From NCBI RefSeq assembly GCF_000485595.1, contig NW_014577071.1:447213-511212 (forward strand): 64,000 nucleotides of DNA. The letters run 5' to 3'. Positions 1 to 11,283 of this stretch are shown piece after piece (position 1 is the first letter of the stretch; every line of letters begins with the position of its first letter). Below the pieces are notes generated by a model. The model ran no database searches. It was given only the letters and a program-made list of their open reading frames with translations, and was not told where the DNA came from. Source of the stretch: Priapulus caudatus (Eukaryota). The position numbers and the translations under genes are program-made.

Positions 1-671
1 TTTTTTATTTCGACTGAATTAAGTTTTTTATTTCGACTGCTTCTCCTAAGTTTATGCAATATTCTATTATACTAAGAACATAAACTACATTGGGGAGTAT
101 TATTGTATTCTGGCAACGTTTTATCAAACTTATAACATAATGTCTGTACTAGAATTAGATATAATACGGCATAATGATTGTAGGTTATCGTTGAAAGCAA
201 GTCTTACAATAAGGGTGCAACAGTAAGTCTCCGCAAAAAGCCTTTTTGGCATTTTTTTCGGTGAAATTCAGCACTAGAGCGGTGCAATAATTTGCATTAT
301 GCACACAAGTTAGATGCCTCGTGGATGTATAGAAAGCATTAGTAGTAAAATTGGTCTTGTCGTGTAGTTGTGACATTCCGTCCAGTGGCGTAGCCATGAT
401 GACCGGTTGGCCATTTTTGTGTTTGAAATGTGATCCGACTACTTTGAAGAAATTCGCATCATAAAGCTGGCAAAAGTTTCAAGCGGAGCATATAGAGAAT
501 AAATAGAGAATGAATCTTAAGTTATTTAACATAAACGAAGTGTATGTTGTGTATGCGACGAAACAGTGTGAGTATTTTTAATTAATTTCTGAGCGATGCT
601 TATTCAGGGCTGCTGCCTATGGACGCCTTCTGTATTACTGTAGTTGTACACCACCATAACACGATACATAA

Positions 672-765
672 TGATGACGTACGTAGTCGCTACGTGGCGT
701 TTTGGCGCAATAGCAAAAACCAGTATTTAGAGCATCCGAAGTAGTGCGTACGCGTTATACGTGGC
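672..765 (+). promoter_or_regulatory. Candidate ARCN1 proximal promoter motifs: TGACGT (675) and two ACGTGGC (692-698, 759-765)
   Basis: CpG-rich stretch 150-250 bp upstream of the ATG, with ACGT-core motifs resembling CREB3/CrebA, XBP1 (UPRE) and GASE sites of secretory-pathway genes. Motif match only. Confidence 0.35.
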
Positions 766-919
766 TGCCACCATCACATACGAGAAAGAGAGTTCACAGT
801 TAAAGAAACGTGTTAAATTAGTAAATTCTTGTACACTAGTAAACATAAACGTTGGTTTTTCTTAAATTACACTAATCTGAAGAACACCGACAGCGTTAGC
901 TAACCACCTGGTCACTACA

Positions 920-922
920 ATG
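920..922 (+). CDS. ARCN1: ARCN1 coding exon 1 (ATG only)
   Basis: actacaATG|gtaggt. Exon 2 starts in phase 0 with VLLAAAV directly after an acceptor, so the Met must come from an upstream exon, and this is the best ATG|GT candidate. Confidence 0.75.
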
Positions 923-2771
923 GTAGGTTTCGGTGCTGTAACACAAATCGTTACGCCGGTTTCCTGACATGATCTTTACAGACTAACAAAATCATCAAAC
1001 GGCGTCTGTAATACAAACGATTACAAGGTGTTTAAACACGTTATAGTGTCAACATCTTATTTGTATAGAGTACCTAATGTTAATAGGTAGGTCGAGTGTC
1101 AGTGACAATAGCAAGGGACGTGTCGTTTAAGGCCAGCAGTATCAACCACTTGCTCCATATTGATATTGTGTATTTGCTGACCAGTTGTGTTTTGGCAACT
1201 TGGGCCCTGCACACGGTCTAGAACCTAATAAACAACGTGACGTCACTTATTGACCTCTGACAAACTTAATTTCCTACAGAAGTGGCAAGACTTTTATATT
1301 AAACTGGATAGTGGGGTGAAAATAAAGTTAGCGTAGTATTTTTACCCAATACCTTCGACACTAGCAACTATGCACTCAAAAAATTAATTGCCGTGAGTTT
1401 ACCAGCGTCATGTGGACGGATGTGATTTTACTAGGAAATGTGATCCATGCTGTAGTGTTGGCCACAATAACCATTGGCTGAAATCTCTCATCGATTTGTG
1501 CATAGGTGTGAGGTTATTGGTTATATTGTGTAAAAATACGAATGAACACATTTTTTATTCAACTATTTTTCTCTACCACGAAAGCCCAGGCTCCATTTCT
1601 GCAAGAAATGCTACATGTGGGATATGGAAATGGCATACGTAGGGTATGTGCAGGATGTAGCACACTACCCTATTTTTCTAGATGTGGGAATTTTTTCAAA
1701 ATAGCTACTTACTCTGTCAAGTGTCATAACAATGATAACATTTTAAAGGATTTCTATATGAAGTAAAAATGGACCTTCGAGAATGCATGTCACACAATAT
1801 TAACACTGCCAGGTATACTAGCTTTACCTTTAGCTGGTTTTTCAGTTTGTTGTTCTAGAGTAATTAACAGGAAGCAGAAGTAAATTGAAAAGGCTCCACA
1901 TGATAGTAATGGACGTTTTACATTTTTATTCAGGTGTTGTTGGCAGCAGCAGTATGCACCAAAGTGGGGAAAGGTAAACAGTTTTGAAGATTTTATGCTC
2001 ATGACTAAGCGTAATTCATAGAAAACCTGATCGTTTACACTTGCTGGAATCACATGTTTTGAAATCTTATTTTCTTGACACTGCCATAATTAAAAGAAAT
2101 ATTTCGATTGCTGCCTAGGTCATTTGGTCTAGTTGCCATGTCATTTATGATCTTCTAAAAAAAAGCTTTACTAATGCAAGAATGTAGAGTCTCATGTACA
2201 TGTATGCGAATAAATTGCTTAAAAATAGCAACGGTGGAACATTTACGACTTGTCCTTCGAACACGAATCCTGATTGCGTGCGTGAGCGGAAATCGGCGTT
2301 ACAGTGTCAAGCGAAATTTTCTCGTTTTTCGATTTTGCCGTTCAGCGATCGTGTCGCGACAGTTTGTCGAGATGAGCAAGTCGAGGATCGAGGGACTGCT
2401 TGCAGCATTTCCGAAACTGATGAGTACTGGCAAGCAGCACACGTTCGTCGAGACGGAGAGCGTGCGCTACGTGTATCAGCCGCTAGAGAAGCTCTACATG
2501 CTTCTCATTACCACCAAAGCTAGCAACATTCTCGAGGATTTGGAGACGCTGCGTCTGTTTTCCAGAGTGGTAAGGGAGCGTTTGTGTAAGGGACCACGTG
2601 TTCCCATGTAGTGGTCACACGCAATTTAGTGTTTTAAAGATGAGTGGAAATGGATTGCCTTTGTCCAGTTTTCAGTCCTTACACCTTGGGCCTATATCAT
2701 GGGACAGGCATCTCGAATCTATATATCTATCTATATCTCTCTCTTGCTCTCTCTCTGTCTCTCTCTCGCTC

Positions 2772-2812
<41 letters not shown>

Positions 2813-4537
2813 CTCTCTCAATATATATATATTGGTATTACCTTTTTAAAGTGATCAGCTGTGAATAGGTGTTCACTGAGACAGGTAGAACTCTTGGAAA
2901 TGAGTCTAAAAATCTAGGTAGTCCTGCTCAAAAGTTATCAGTCCCGGACTGGGGTGGGGTGATGCCATTTCCAACGCTGCTGGTAGGGTTGACGTTATTA
3001 TGCTCATGTTGTTTGGGTAATGAGTTTGCCTACTATTGTTAGGTAATTCCTGCTAAAACTATTAGGCACTTTTAATTAGTTCAGAGAGTATGAGTTAATC
3101 CTTGATTGTTTTTTAATTTCAGATTCCAGAGTACTGTCGTGTAATGGAAGAGTCGGAAATTATAGACAATGCATTCCAGTTGATCTTTGCCTTCGATGAG
3201 ATAGTAGCCTTGGGTTATAGAGAAAATGTCAATCTTGCGCAAATTCGCACTTTTACCGAAATGGATTCACACGAGGAGAAAGTATTTCAAGCAGTTAGAC
3301 AGGTAGGCTCACTTGATCTGTATTAACTGTGATAATAATAATGTCTATATATAGTACTATATTATTATATTGTATTACTATATTGTAGTTATATATGTTC
3401 ATGCCATGTCTGACACTAATTTAAAATGAGTTTTATTCGTAATCATCAGTAATATCACACATCAAACTAAAAAGTTTTAAGATGATATTGTTTTTAAACA
3501 TTTTGTTCATGTTTAGCCTTTTGCATTCTACTAAAATAAATTGAAGTGAGTAAGTAGTCAGTTATGCATACTATCCAATGAAACCACAACCAGCGTGATG
3601 CAACGTCAGTTGAAATTCAAGTGGATATCTGGCCAGCGAACCGCTTTCGCAATCGAAGAAACACCAAATCGAAACACGTATTTTTCGGCCCGTTTTCTGA
3701 CCATGTTTTTCTTCTACGCTAACTTTCAGCAGACCCAAGAGAGAGAAGCGAAGAAACACCAAATCGAAACATGTATTTTTCGGCCCGTTTTCTGACCACG
3801 TTTTTCTTCTACGCTAACTTTTGGCAGACCCAGAAGAGAGAAGCAAAGAAACGCTGTATCGAAGCGCATATTATTTGGCCCGTTTTCTGACCACGTTTCT
3901 TCTTTTGGGCTTCCTTTCAGCAGACCCAAGAGAGAGAAGCGAAGAAACCAAATCGTAACGCGGATTTTCCGGCCTGTTTTCTGACCAAGTTTTTCTGCTA
4001 CACTAACTTTCGGCAGACCCAGAAGAGAGAAGCGAAGAAACGCCGTATCGATGCGCATATTATTCGGTCCGTTTTCTGACCACGTTTCTTCTTTTGGGCT
4101 TCCTTTAAGCAAACCCAAGAGAGAGAAGCGAAGAAACACCGAATCAAAACACGTATTTTTCGGCACGTTTTCCTCTGACCACGTTATTATTCTGCGCAGA
4201 CCCAAGAGAGAGAGGCGAAAGAGAACATGCGTAAGAAGGCCAAGGAGCTGCAGCAGAAGCGCACGGACGCGGCGCGGCGCGGCGTCACCCCGGGTTTCGG
4301 CGGCGGATTCGGCAGCAGCAGTGTCGGAAGCGTGCCGTCTCCGGTCGTCGGTGACTCGTCGTATGAGCCGGCGACGACGCCCATCATGCAGTACATCGCA
4401 CCCAGGCACGTGTCTCTCCTCCGCTCGTCCTCGCTGTTGGTGTTGTTGCTGTTGTTGTTGTTGTTGTTTTTGATGTTGTTGTTGCTGTTGCTGCTGTTGT
4501 TGTTTTTTTTGATGTTGTTGTTGTTGTTGTTATTGTT

Positions 4538-4568
<31 letters not shown>

Positions 4569-7500
4569 CTGCTGTTGCTGTTGTTGTTGTTGTTGTTGTT
4601 GTTGATGTTGCTGCTGTTGTTGTTATTGCTGTATGGGTTATTGTGCTGGCGTTGTTGGTGTGGTTGTAGGTGTGATTGGAAAGGTGTATTTGGAGCTTAT
4701 ATGCTGGTTATGGAGGTATCTGGAAGATGAGGTTGTAGCCAGATGGTGTGTTCTGTTGTCGTAGATTTTATGTTTTGATTCCTGCAATGCATACATTTAA
4801 TATTGATCTAATTCATCTGTTTTATCCGTAGTATGAAGTTGAAGGTTCTTATATGCGTCTTTTGTATGTGCTATGCAGCAAACCTATGGGGCCAAGCAAA
4901 GCCATGAAGCTTGGAAGTAAAGGGAAGGACATCGACTCATTTGTTGATCAGTTGAAATCGGAAGGACAGGAAGTGTTAACAAACCACTTATCAAAAACAT
5001 CTGCTGCAATCACCAAGATCACAACACCAGCTATCAATAAAGAAGGGTACTACCATGGGTTTATTCATCGTAATTCGTTGTTATCCAGTCAGGACTTTTA
5101 ATCATGTGGATTTATATGGTCCTGGGTGTAGATATCGCCAGGATATAACATGTCTGTTAGGAAATCACTGTGAGTTTAGCCTCGGAGTAAATGATAAAAC
5201 ATAGTTATGCACATCTAGGCATGTGAAAATGCCGTGATATAATATGAAAGGGATTCGCATCATTACGTCCTTTTAACAGATAAATCATTGTATTGCAGTG
5301 TCCACATGAGGATTGAGGAAAAGATCAGTCTCTCTGCTGGCAGAGATGGTGGACTGCAAAACATGGAAGTACTTGGGATCATAATGCTACAAATCAGTGA
5401 TGAACACTGTAACCGAATAAGAGTAAAGATTGACAATAAAGACAATAAGGGAGTACAGTTACAGGTAGGAGTCTGAGAGCCATGGTCCAGTGAGTTGTGA
5501 TCTCATGACCTGTATCATGGACAAATATGATCAGTAGAAGTTATGATTGTTATCGTATTATCACTATCAATGTAAATGTTATTTTATCGAAAGCGTATGT
5601 TTTGTTGCGCTTACTTCATCTTCTTGGAAATAATTCTCACACTTTCGATATAATATTACATTATTAGCCATGAGTCATTTGCTGCCCTAGTATTGACATT
5701 TTGTACAGTTATGTTATTATTGTTTTTTCAGACGCATCCAAACATTGACAAGAAACTTTTCCAAAGTGAGTCTATTATTTCGCTAAAGAACCCAGCCAAA
5801 CCGTTTCCTCTCAATACAGACATTGGTGTTCTAAAGTGGAGATTCCAGACACAAGATGAAGCTTTCATGCCTTTATCGAGTAAGTGTTAATATTCGTTGT
5901 GCAGAAACAGTGTAGAGTATCAATGTTGTTAAGATGCTATTGTGAGTTGACCAAGAAATCACTGGGAAAACAAATTCAAATTTAGGATTTTTCCTGTGGG
6001 ATGAGACATTTTAGGAAAGCATTATAAAATAATACAGTTGTATAGTTAGCTGTCAAACTCACTCTGAAATTTATGTTCATTAACATTAGAAATATATGAT
6101 CTGAAAATTACTGACTTGAGAGTTTTTGTTAAATGAAAGTTTTTTTTCTTTTTGAATAACTATTCCCTTTTTGTGTGGCTTGCATTATGATGGCAAATGT
6201 TCTTTGTGTAATGACGCATGATGGGTGCCTGCTGTTTTAGCAATATAAATGAAACACACCACAACGAGGTGCACGATTGATAACTGGGTGTATCATTTCA
6301 AGGCCACATTGTTTATCGTAATGTTTTTCACAATTAGTTAATATTTATCAAGATCCCAAGGATTAATAGCGAAAACAATTTTTTTTACATTCATCTAGCT
6401 AGTTGTAGCCATATTTACGAGAATTAGCTAGTGTTTTCACCAACTTTTATGACTGTTTAATTACCTACCGATATTGCTTGAGTAACGGCAACTGCCTTAG
6501 AGTAACGATAAAATGTATTAGAACCTTCGTATTCACCAAAACATGCAAGTTCGATTACCAGCGAGCATTTTCTTGTAATCTTGGACCAGTTAGTAGTGCC
6601 AGCTATCATCCACAGACTTACACGTCTCTTGGAAAATCTCGTTTGCACTGACAAATTACAAGTTGACACATTTAACAAATCTCGCGACTCGATATTATTT
6701 TCGTTGTGTTACGATGTGTTCATATCCAATTTTCTATGCTATAACTGCATAAAATCTTAGTGTTTTTTCCAGTTAGTGTAATCAGTGATATACCCGCTAT
6801 GAGGTGAGACTATATTTCGCTACATGTTTTTGGGATTGAGCGTTTGTGAGCAAAAATCTCGTAATAAAAACTTTAATGTGTCGTACACTTGTAGTCTTTC
6901 GTTGCTGTTTGCCTCACGTATGTTGTTCATCCTGCGCAGTAAACTGTTGGCCATCTCAGACGGGCAGTGGATGCGATGTGAACATTGAGTACACGTTAGA
7001 GCAGGAGCAGCTGGAACTGAGCGACGTCGTGGTCATCATACCGTTACCGTGAGTCTTACTTTTGTACACACTAGACACCCTCGCATTCACGCACTCGTGC
7101 ACGCACGGGTGCAGACGTGTGCAGTCTTCGACGTTAGGCGGTGGACCGTGGACCGAGACCACCAAAATCTCTCTCGGTCCAGTAAATTTAACAAGTTAAA
7201 TGGACCGTCGGTCCACCCGTTTTTTTCAGCCACTCTAGTTACAGTATTTAAATAATTTATCAAAGTATTTATGAGACTACTTACTGTNNNNNNNNNNNNN
7301 NNNNNNNNNNNNNNNNNNNNNNNNNNNNNNNNNNNNNNNNNNNNNNNNNNNNNNNNNNNNNNNNNNNNNNNNNNNNNNNNNNNNNNNNNNNNNNNNNNNN
7401 NNNNNNNNNNNNNNNNNNNNNNNNNNNNNNNNNNNNNNNNNNNNNNNNNNNNNNNNNNNNNNNNNNNNNNNNNNNNNNNNNNNNNNNNNNNNNNNNNNNN

Positions 7501-9188
7501 NNNNNNNNNNNNNNNNNNNNNNNNNNNNNNNNNNNNNNNNNNNNNNNNNNNNNNNNNNNNNNNNNNNNNNNNNNNNNNNNNNNNNNNNNNNNNNNNNNNN
7601 NNNNNNNNNNNNNNNNNNNNNNNNNNNNNNNNNNNNNNNNNNNNNNNNNNNNNNNNNNNNNNNNNNNNNNNNNNNNNTCAAAATAATATTGGTCCAGTAA
7701 AATTTAGTCCGGTCCAGTAAATTTTGCTGGCTTGGTGGACCGAAGGTCCAGTGTTTAGAAATTTCATTCGTGAAGACTGCGTGTGCACACGTACACGCCA
7801 ACAAATATTTATAATAGCTATTCATTATATATATAAATGTATATATGTGTATATATTATATGTGTTAAAATGTTAAACCACGAGTGTCGAATCAACATGT
7901 TTCCATACACCATGTAAAATTCACCTATAATATCGACGAGATATTGAACATGTTAGTGTTTATGAGAAACACAGTCCTCCATGTTTAAACCCTAACTTGT
8001 TATCATCTTGCAGAGCTGGGTCGGGCAATCCTGTAGTGACTGAATATGATGGACAGTACAGCCACGACAAAAGCCGGGCCAAGCTGGAATGGCAGATCCC
8101 GGTGGTGGACAAGTCCAACAAAAGCGGCAGCATGGAGTTTAGCATTGGCGGCGGAAGTGCTGATGACTTCTTCCCTGTGTCCGTGTCATTCGTCTCGAAA
8201 AAGTCGTACTGCGATCTGTTGGTGAGTAGAATTTGGCGAGGGACCCGCAGACGTTGGTTCCAGGTTTGTTGTTGCAGTTCCAAGGGTGCCCCATCTATTC
8301 CTCCAGCGTTGTCAGTTACCCTATGGCTGCAGTTCCCGATTCAGCCCTTGCATAGAGTTATTATCTCTCAAGTAAATAAAAAAATAAAAAACATGTATCA
8401 AATTAGGTCTCTCCCGTTAGCAGACATAATACAGACTACTCCAGTGTAAAAATTATCTTGAGTTTGTGGTGTTATGGTATATAAAAGAGCAAATAATGCA
8501 GCCACATTCCGCAATGTCGTAACAGTTGACTTGTAGATAGCGCGCCATACACAAGTGAATCTAATTCCTGCAAAAGTGCATCTTATTTTGTGACTGATGT
8601 AAGTGGTTACAGACTGGTACCGCATTCATGTATCCAATAACAAAGGTTAAGGACATTGAAGGTCTCATGAAAAACAAGTGAAATCTATATTTAACTGGCA
8701 ACAAGAAGTCAGCAAAGCAACTTCAGTCCTTGCATATGTTTGTAAAAGTAACGACGTACGAGTGTTCTAAGACATGTTAGCCTCACTGTAGACACTTGCT
8801 GTTACGCAAGCAATACCAGTGCGTATTAATTATTATTGATTATTATTAATTATATTGTAATTGTCGAGAAAACATGATAACGGTCGGGAAGACTGTTTGA
8901 AATCCTTACTTTAATGTGGGTTTCGTGCAGCCTGGTGATCCAGAAACTGCTATAGCATTGAATGATGGCAGTGTGGACACTGTACGGTTGTTTTCATTTT
9001 TCTCCGTAAGTAGTGTTGTATGGTTACAGTCTAGTAGCAGAATCTTCCTCACACTTACCTACAGGTTTCGCTGATGGTTGTTCTTTGTTTTTTTTCAGAT
9101 TGATGATGTTATCGAACAAGACAGTACTGAATCCGTCAGATACTCTACAGATATTGCTTTCTATGTGGACAAGTATGAGGTGGTTTAA
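920..9188 (+). CDS. ARCN1: Coatomer subunit delta (archain 1, delta-COP), whole spliced CDS. Exons 920-922, 1934-1973, 2346-2569, 3123-3302, 4200-4405, 4879-5046, 5299-5464, 5732-5879, 6940-7048, 8014-8221, 9099-9188
   Basis: The joined exons give 1542 nt = 513 aa + [43 protein letters not shown]...[10 protein letters not shown]...INCWPS...[12 protein letters not shown]...VDKYEVV*. This matches the delta-COP sequence as I recall it (N-terminal longin domain, C-terminal mu-homology domain). All exon phases are compatible and all splice sites are AG/GT except one probable GC donor. Confidence 0.97.
1934..1973 (+). CDS. ARCN1: ARCN1 exon 2 ([13 protein letters not shown])
   Basis: tttttattcag|GTGTTG...AAAG|gtaaac; not in the ORF track. 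Confidence 0.95.
2346..2569 (+). CDS. ARCN1: ARCN1 exon 3 ([10 protein letters not shown]...LRLFSRV)
   Basis: ttcag|CGATC...AGAGTG|gtaagg; lies within ORF 2174-2611. Confidence 0.97.
2735..2832. repeat. (CT)n then (AT)n microsatellite in ARCN1 intron 3
   Basis: Directly visible. Confidence 0.95.
3123..3302 (+). CDS. ARCN1: ARCN1 exon 4 (IPEYCR...[10 protein letters not shown])
   Basis: tttcag|ATTCCA...AGACAG|gtaggc; 180 nt. Confidence 0.97.
3655..4228 (+). repeat. ~87-96 bp tandem repeat (about 6 units) spanning the intron 4/exon 5 boundary
   Basis: Recurring cagaccc(a/ag)agagagaagcgaagaaac...ttttctgaccacgttt, with exon-like starts at 3733, 3828, 3924, 4017, 4113 and the real one at 4200. 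Confidence 0.93.
4200..4405 (+). CDS. ARCN1: ARCN1 exon 5 ([18 protein letters not shown]...YIAP); 3' end probably a GC donor
   Basis: tctgcgcag|ACCCAAGAG; ends CCCAG|gcacgt (phase 2). A weaker phase-2 GT alternative lies after 4390. Confidence 0.85.
4433..4632. repeat. (GTT/GCT)n trinucleotide microsatellite in ARCN1 intron 5
   Basis: Directly visible; it is the source of the poly-Leu/poly-Cys ORFs. Confidence 0.95.
4879..5046 (+). CDS. ARCN1: ARCN1 exon 6 ([16 protein letters not shown]...INKEG)
   Basis: atgcag|CAAACC...GAAGG|gtacta. Confidence 0.93.
5299..5464 (+). CDS. ARCN1: ARCN1 exon 7 (VHMRIEEKI...GVQLQ)
   Basis: ttgcag|TGTCCAC...TTACAG|gtagga. Confidence 0.96.
5732..5879 (+). CDS. 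ARCN1: ARCN1 exon 8 ([10 protein letters not shown]...FMPLS)
   Basis: ttttttcag|ACGCAT...TCGA|gtaagt. Confidence 0.96.
6940..7048 (+). CDS. ARCN1: ARCN1 exon 9 (INCWPSQ...IPLP)
   Basis: gcgcag|TAAACTGT...TTACC|gtgagt. Confidence 0.96.
7122..7779. mobile_element. Non-autonomous hAT-like DNA transposon in ARCN1 intron 9 (contains N-gap 7288-7677)
   Basis: Ends cagtcttc(g)acg / cgtgaagactg, flanked by direct repeat cgtgtg (7116-7121, 7780-7785); many subterminal GGACC/GGTCC motifs at both ends. Confidence 0.7.
8014..8221 (+). CDS. ARCN1: ARCN1 exon 10 (AGSGNPVV...YCDLL)
   Basis: cttgcag|AGCTGGG...CTGTTG|gtgagt. Confidence 0.96.
9099..9188 (+). CDS. ARCN1: ARCN1 terminal coding exon 11 ([29 protein letters not shown])
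   Basis: tttttttcag|ATTGAT...GTTTAA; the C-terminus VDKYEVV resembles the delta-COP end VDKYEIL. Confidence 0.95.
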   Translation: MDDVIEQDSTESVRYSTDIAFYVDKYEVV

Positions 9189-9900
9189 GGGTCTGATGCA
9201 CTCAAACTAGAGAATATTGTTAACTATTATGAATTAATTTGTAGTATTGAATAAATATGGGTAATCTTAGGAAACTTTGCCACGTTCTCCACAAACTACG
9301 GTTAATTTTGTACAGGTTTTACATCTAATGAGATATCGATAAATAACTATTTGATTCTGACTCCAACAACTCTATTCACCCAAGTTTGGGTTCAAAATAT
9401 CCAAGAATTTTCAAACGTTGTGTTTACCAGTTAAAATAAAGAATTGCCTGATAAATTTTCTCAAATTTCAATTGATAGTGTTAAAGTGTGCTTGATCTTT
9501 ATGTATTTGTTCAATCCACCATCATATCAATATTGTGATATTTCTAACCAGATTCATCAGACTCCGATGGTGTGTGTATGCTTGCCATGCACTGCCCATC
9601 AGGTTTTCGCATGCTAGTGGAAACGCAGTACGTAACTTATTTTTTTAATGGCCCCATGTATCTCTATGAAGCATGTTATCTAGTTACATTAATATGTACA
9701 TTGAGCGCATATGAGCTAACAACGTTTGCCAGGCGGAACGACCTACTTGACAGATGTACATGTATCTTACAAATTCACACGTAAACGTCATGGTGGTGGA
9801 TAATTACATGGTGATGCATTCAAGCTAAATGAAGCTTATGTGGCAAAGCTAATGAGTGATGTACAGACATGTGTGCATATTTAAATATTTGTAGACCCGT

Positions 9901-9920
9901 AATAAATGTGTTTGTGTGAA
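9901..9920 (+). promoter_or_regulatory. Candidate polyadenylation signal for ARCN1 (other AATAAA at about 9250, 9435, 11089, 11641)
   Basis: AATAAA followed by GT-rich tgtgtttgtgtg; the true 3' end cannot be determined from sequence alone. Confidence 0.3.
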
Positions 9921-11249
9921 ACTCGGAGGAAACCTTGAGATGGTAGAATTGATCACCATGTAAACGTCAATTTTCGTAGCCACGATGAGTGGGAAAATTC
10001 ATTCGTACCAGTGCTGTCGATTGTACATGTACTAATGATTTGTTGTGAGAAATTCTAACATCCTACGAACATCCTATATCAAACCTATACTGTTAATTAG
10101 GTTTATGCAAACTTAAATGACAACTTTCAAAGGGATTTGGTAGAACAAAGCTAGGCTACATGGTTAATTAATGATTAGATGAGTTGGAAATACCAAGGAA
10201 GTTATGGTTGCCAGATTGCTCTGCCGTGAAATAGGCATAAGAAGATATGCAATTGTTCTGCTGGTTAGCATGGATGCATGAACGTAGCGAATCGCTATAG
10301 AATAAAGTAAGATTACGTGAAGAGTACCTAGCCAGTGCATAGTAGCGCCATCTACATGCATCATGGGTACTACGTAGACGTTCTTCCAGCAATTTATTGC
10401 ATATACACACGTCATTGCAGATCCGGCTTCAAAAGTATCTGAATATATAAATATTTCTGTACCATCGATGCAAGAAAGCATGCAATATTTCAATCTACAC
10501 GACCCACACATTAATAGCAAATATATTGTTGATTATTGCTAGCTTTGTTGGTGTTTATGATGAACCAGTTACGAACGTGGTGAGGGCATGGTGACATTTT
10601 GCTAGCCTATCATATTAACCTGCTGGGTAGCGCTATGATGATTTCGTACACATAAATATTACAGGCCATTAGGTATACGATAAGGAATGGTTATGATGGT
10701 TTGGTTGCCGAATTGTAGATTTGACAATGTATGCCCTGTTATTTCTTTATATTGATGTAGGGCTATTTTGAGTCGGTTTTATGTAATCTCAGTGGACTCT
10801 AAATTGTTCTGTCAAGCACGCCGCTATTATATATTGTGCATATATTGTTTGTATACGCACTATGTATTTCCTTCTTTATACATGGCCTAAAAAGTATAAA
10901 ATTAGCCATATGAGGATGTACATAAATTTAGCATTGTGTGTTGGACTAAAATACAAGTGACGTCTTCATACGAAATACAAATAATCTAAAGAACATGAAC
11001 CATGACTTGTACTAGAGTTTTTGCATTGAATACTATATTTTGATGGATGAAGTATTGATAATAAAGTAACAGTTGCATAACATTACAGAAATAAAGTATC
11101 AATCCAGTTTGCAAACACTATATATTATATCTTCAACTTTGCAATGGTAATTCTTCTGTTGAGCTTTCGCGTAACCAAATATACATAATGAGCAAAGAAT
11201 GTTATTTATTTGTTATTACTAAAGGTCATTTATAGGTATCTGACATTGT

Positions 11250-11283
11250 CAGGGGTCAAATTAGTTGTCATTATTCACCCCTG
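11250..11283. mobile_element. Decayed CARGAG-type hairpin footprint (redundant copy about 23086-23120)
   Basis: acattgt[caggggtcaaattag...ttattcacccctg]atattat; degenerate arms and a 7-bp flank with 2 mismatches. Confidence 0.5.

Noticed and set aside
185..397. 70-aa minus-strand ORF divergent from ARCN1
   Set aside because: No recognisable homology or splice structure; a bidirectional promoter is possible but unsupported.
3726..4409. 227-aa minus-strand ORF with repeated LRFSLLGL motifs
   Set aside because: By-product of the tandem repeat plus the antisense of GC-rich exon 5.
4227..4730. ORF with a long poly-Leu tail resembling a membrane protein
   Set aside because: Exon 5 reading through into an intronic (GTT)n microsatellite.
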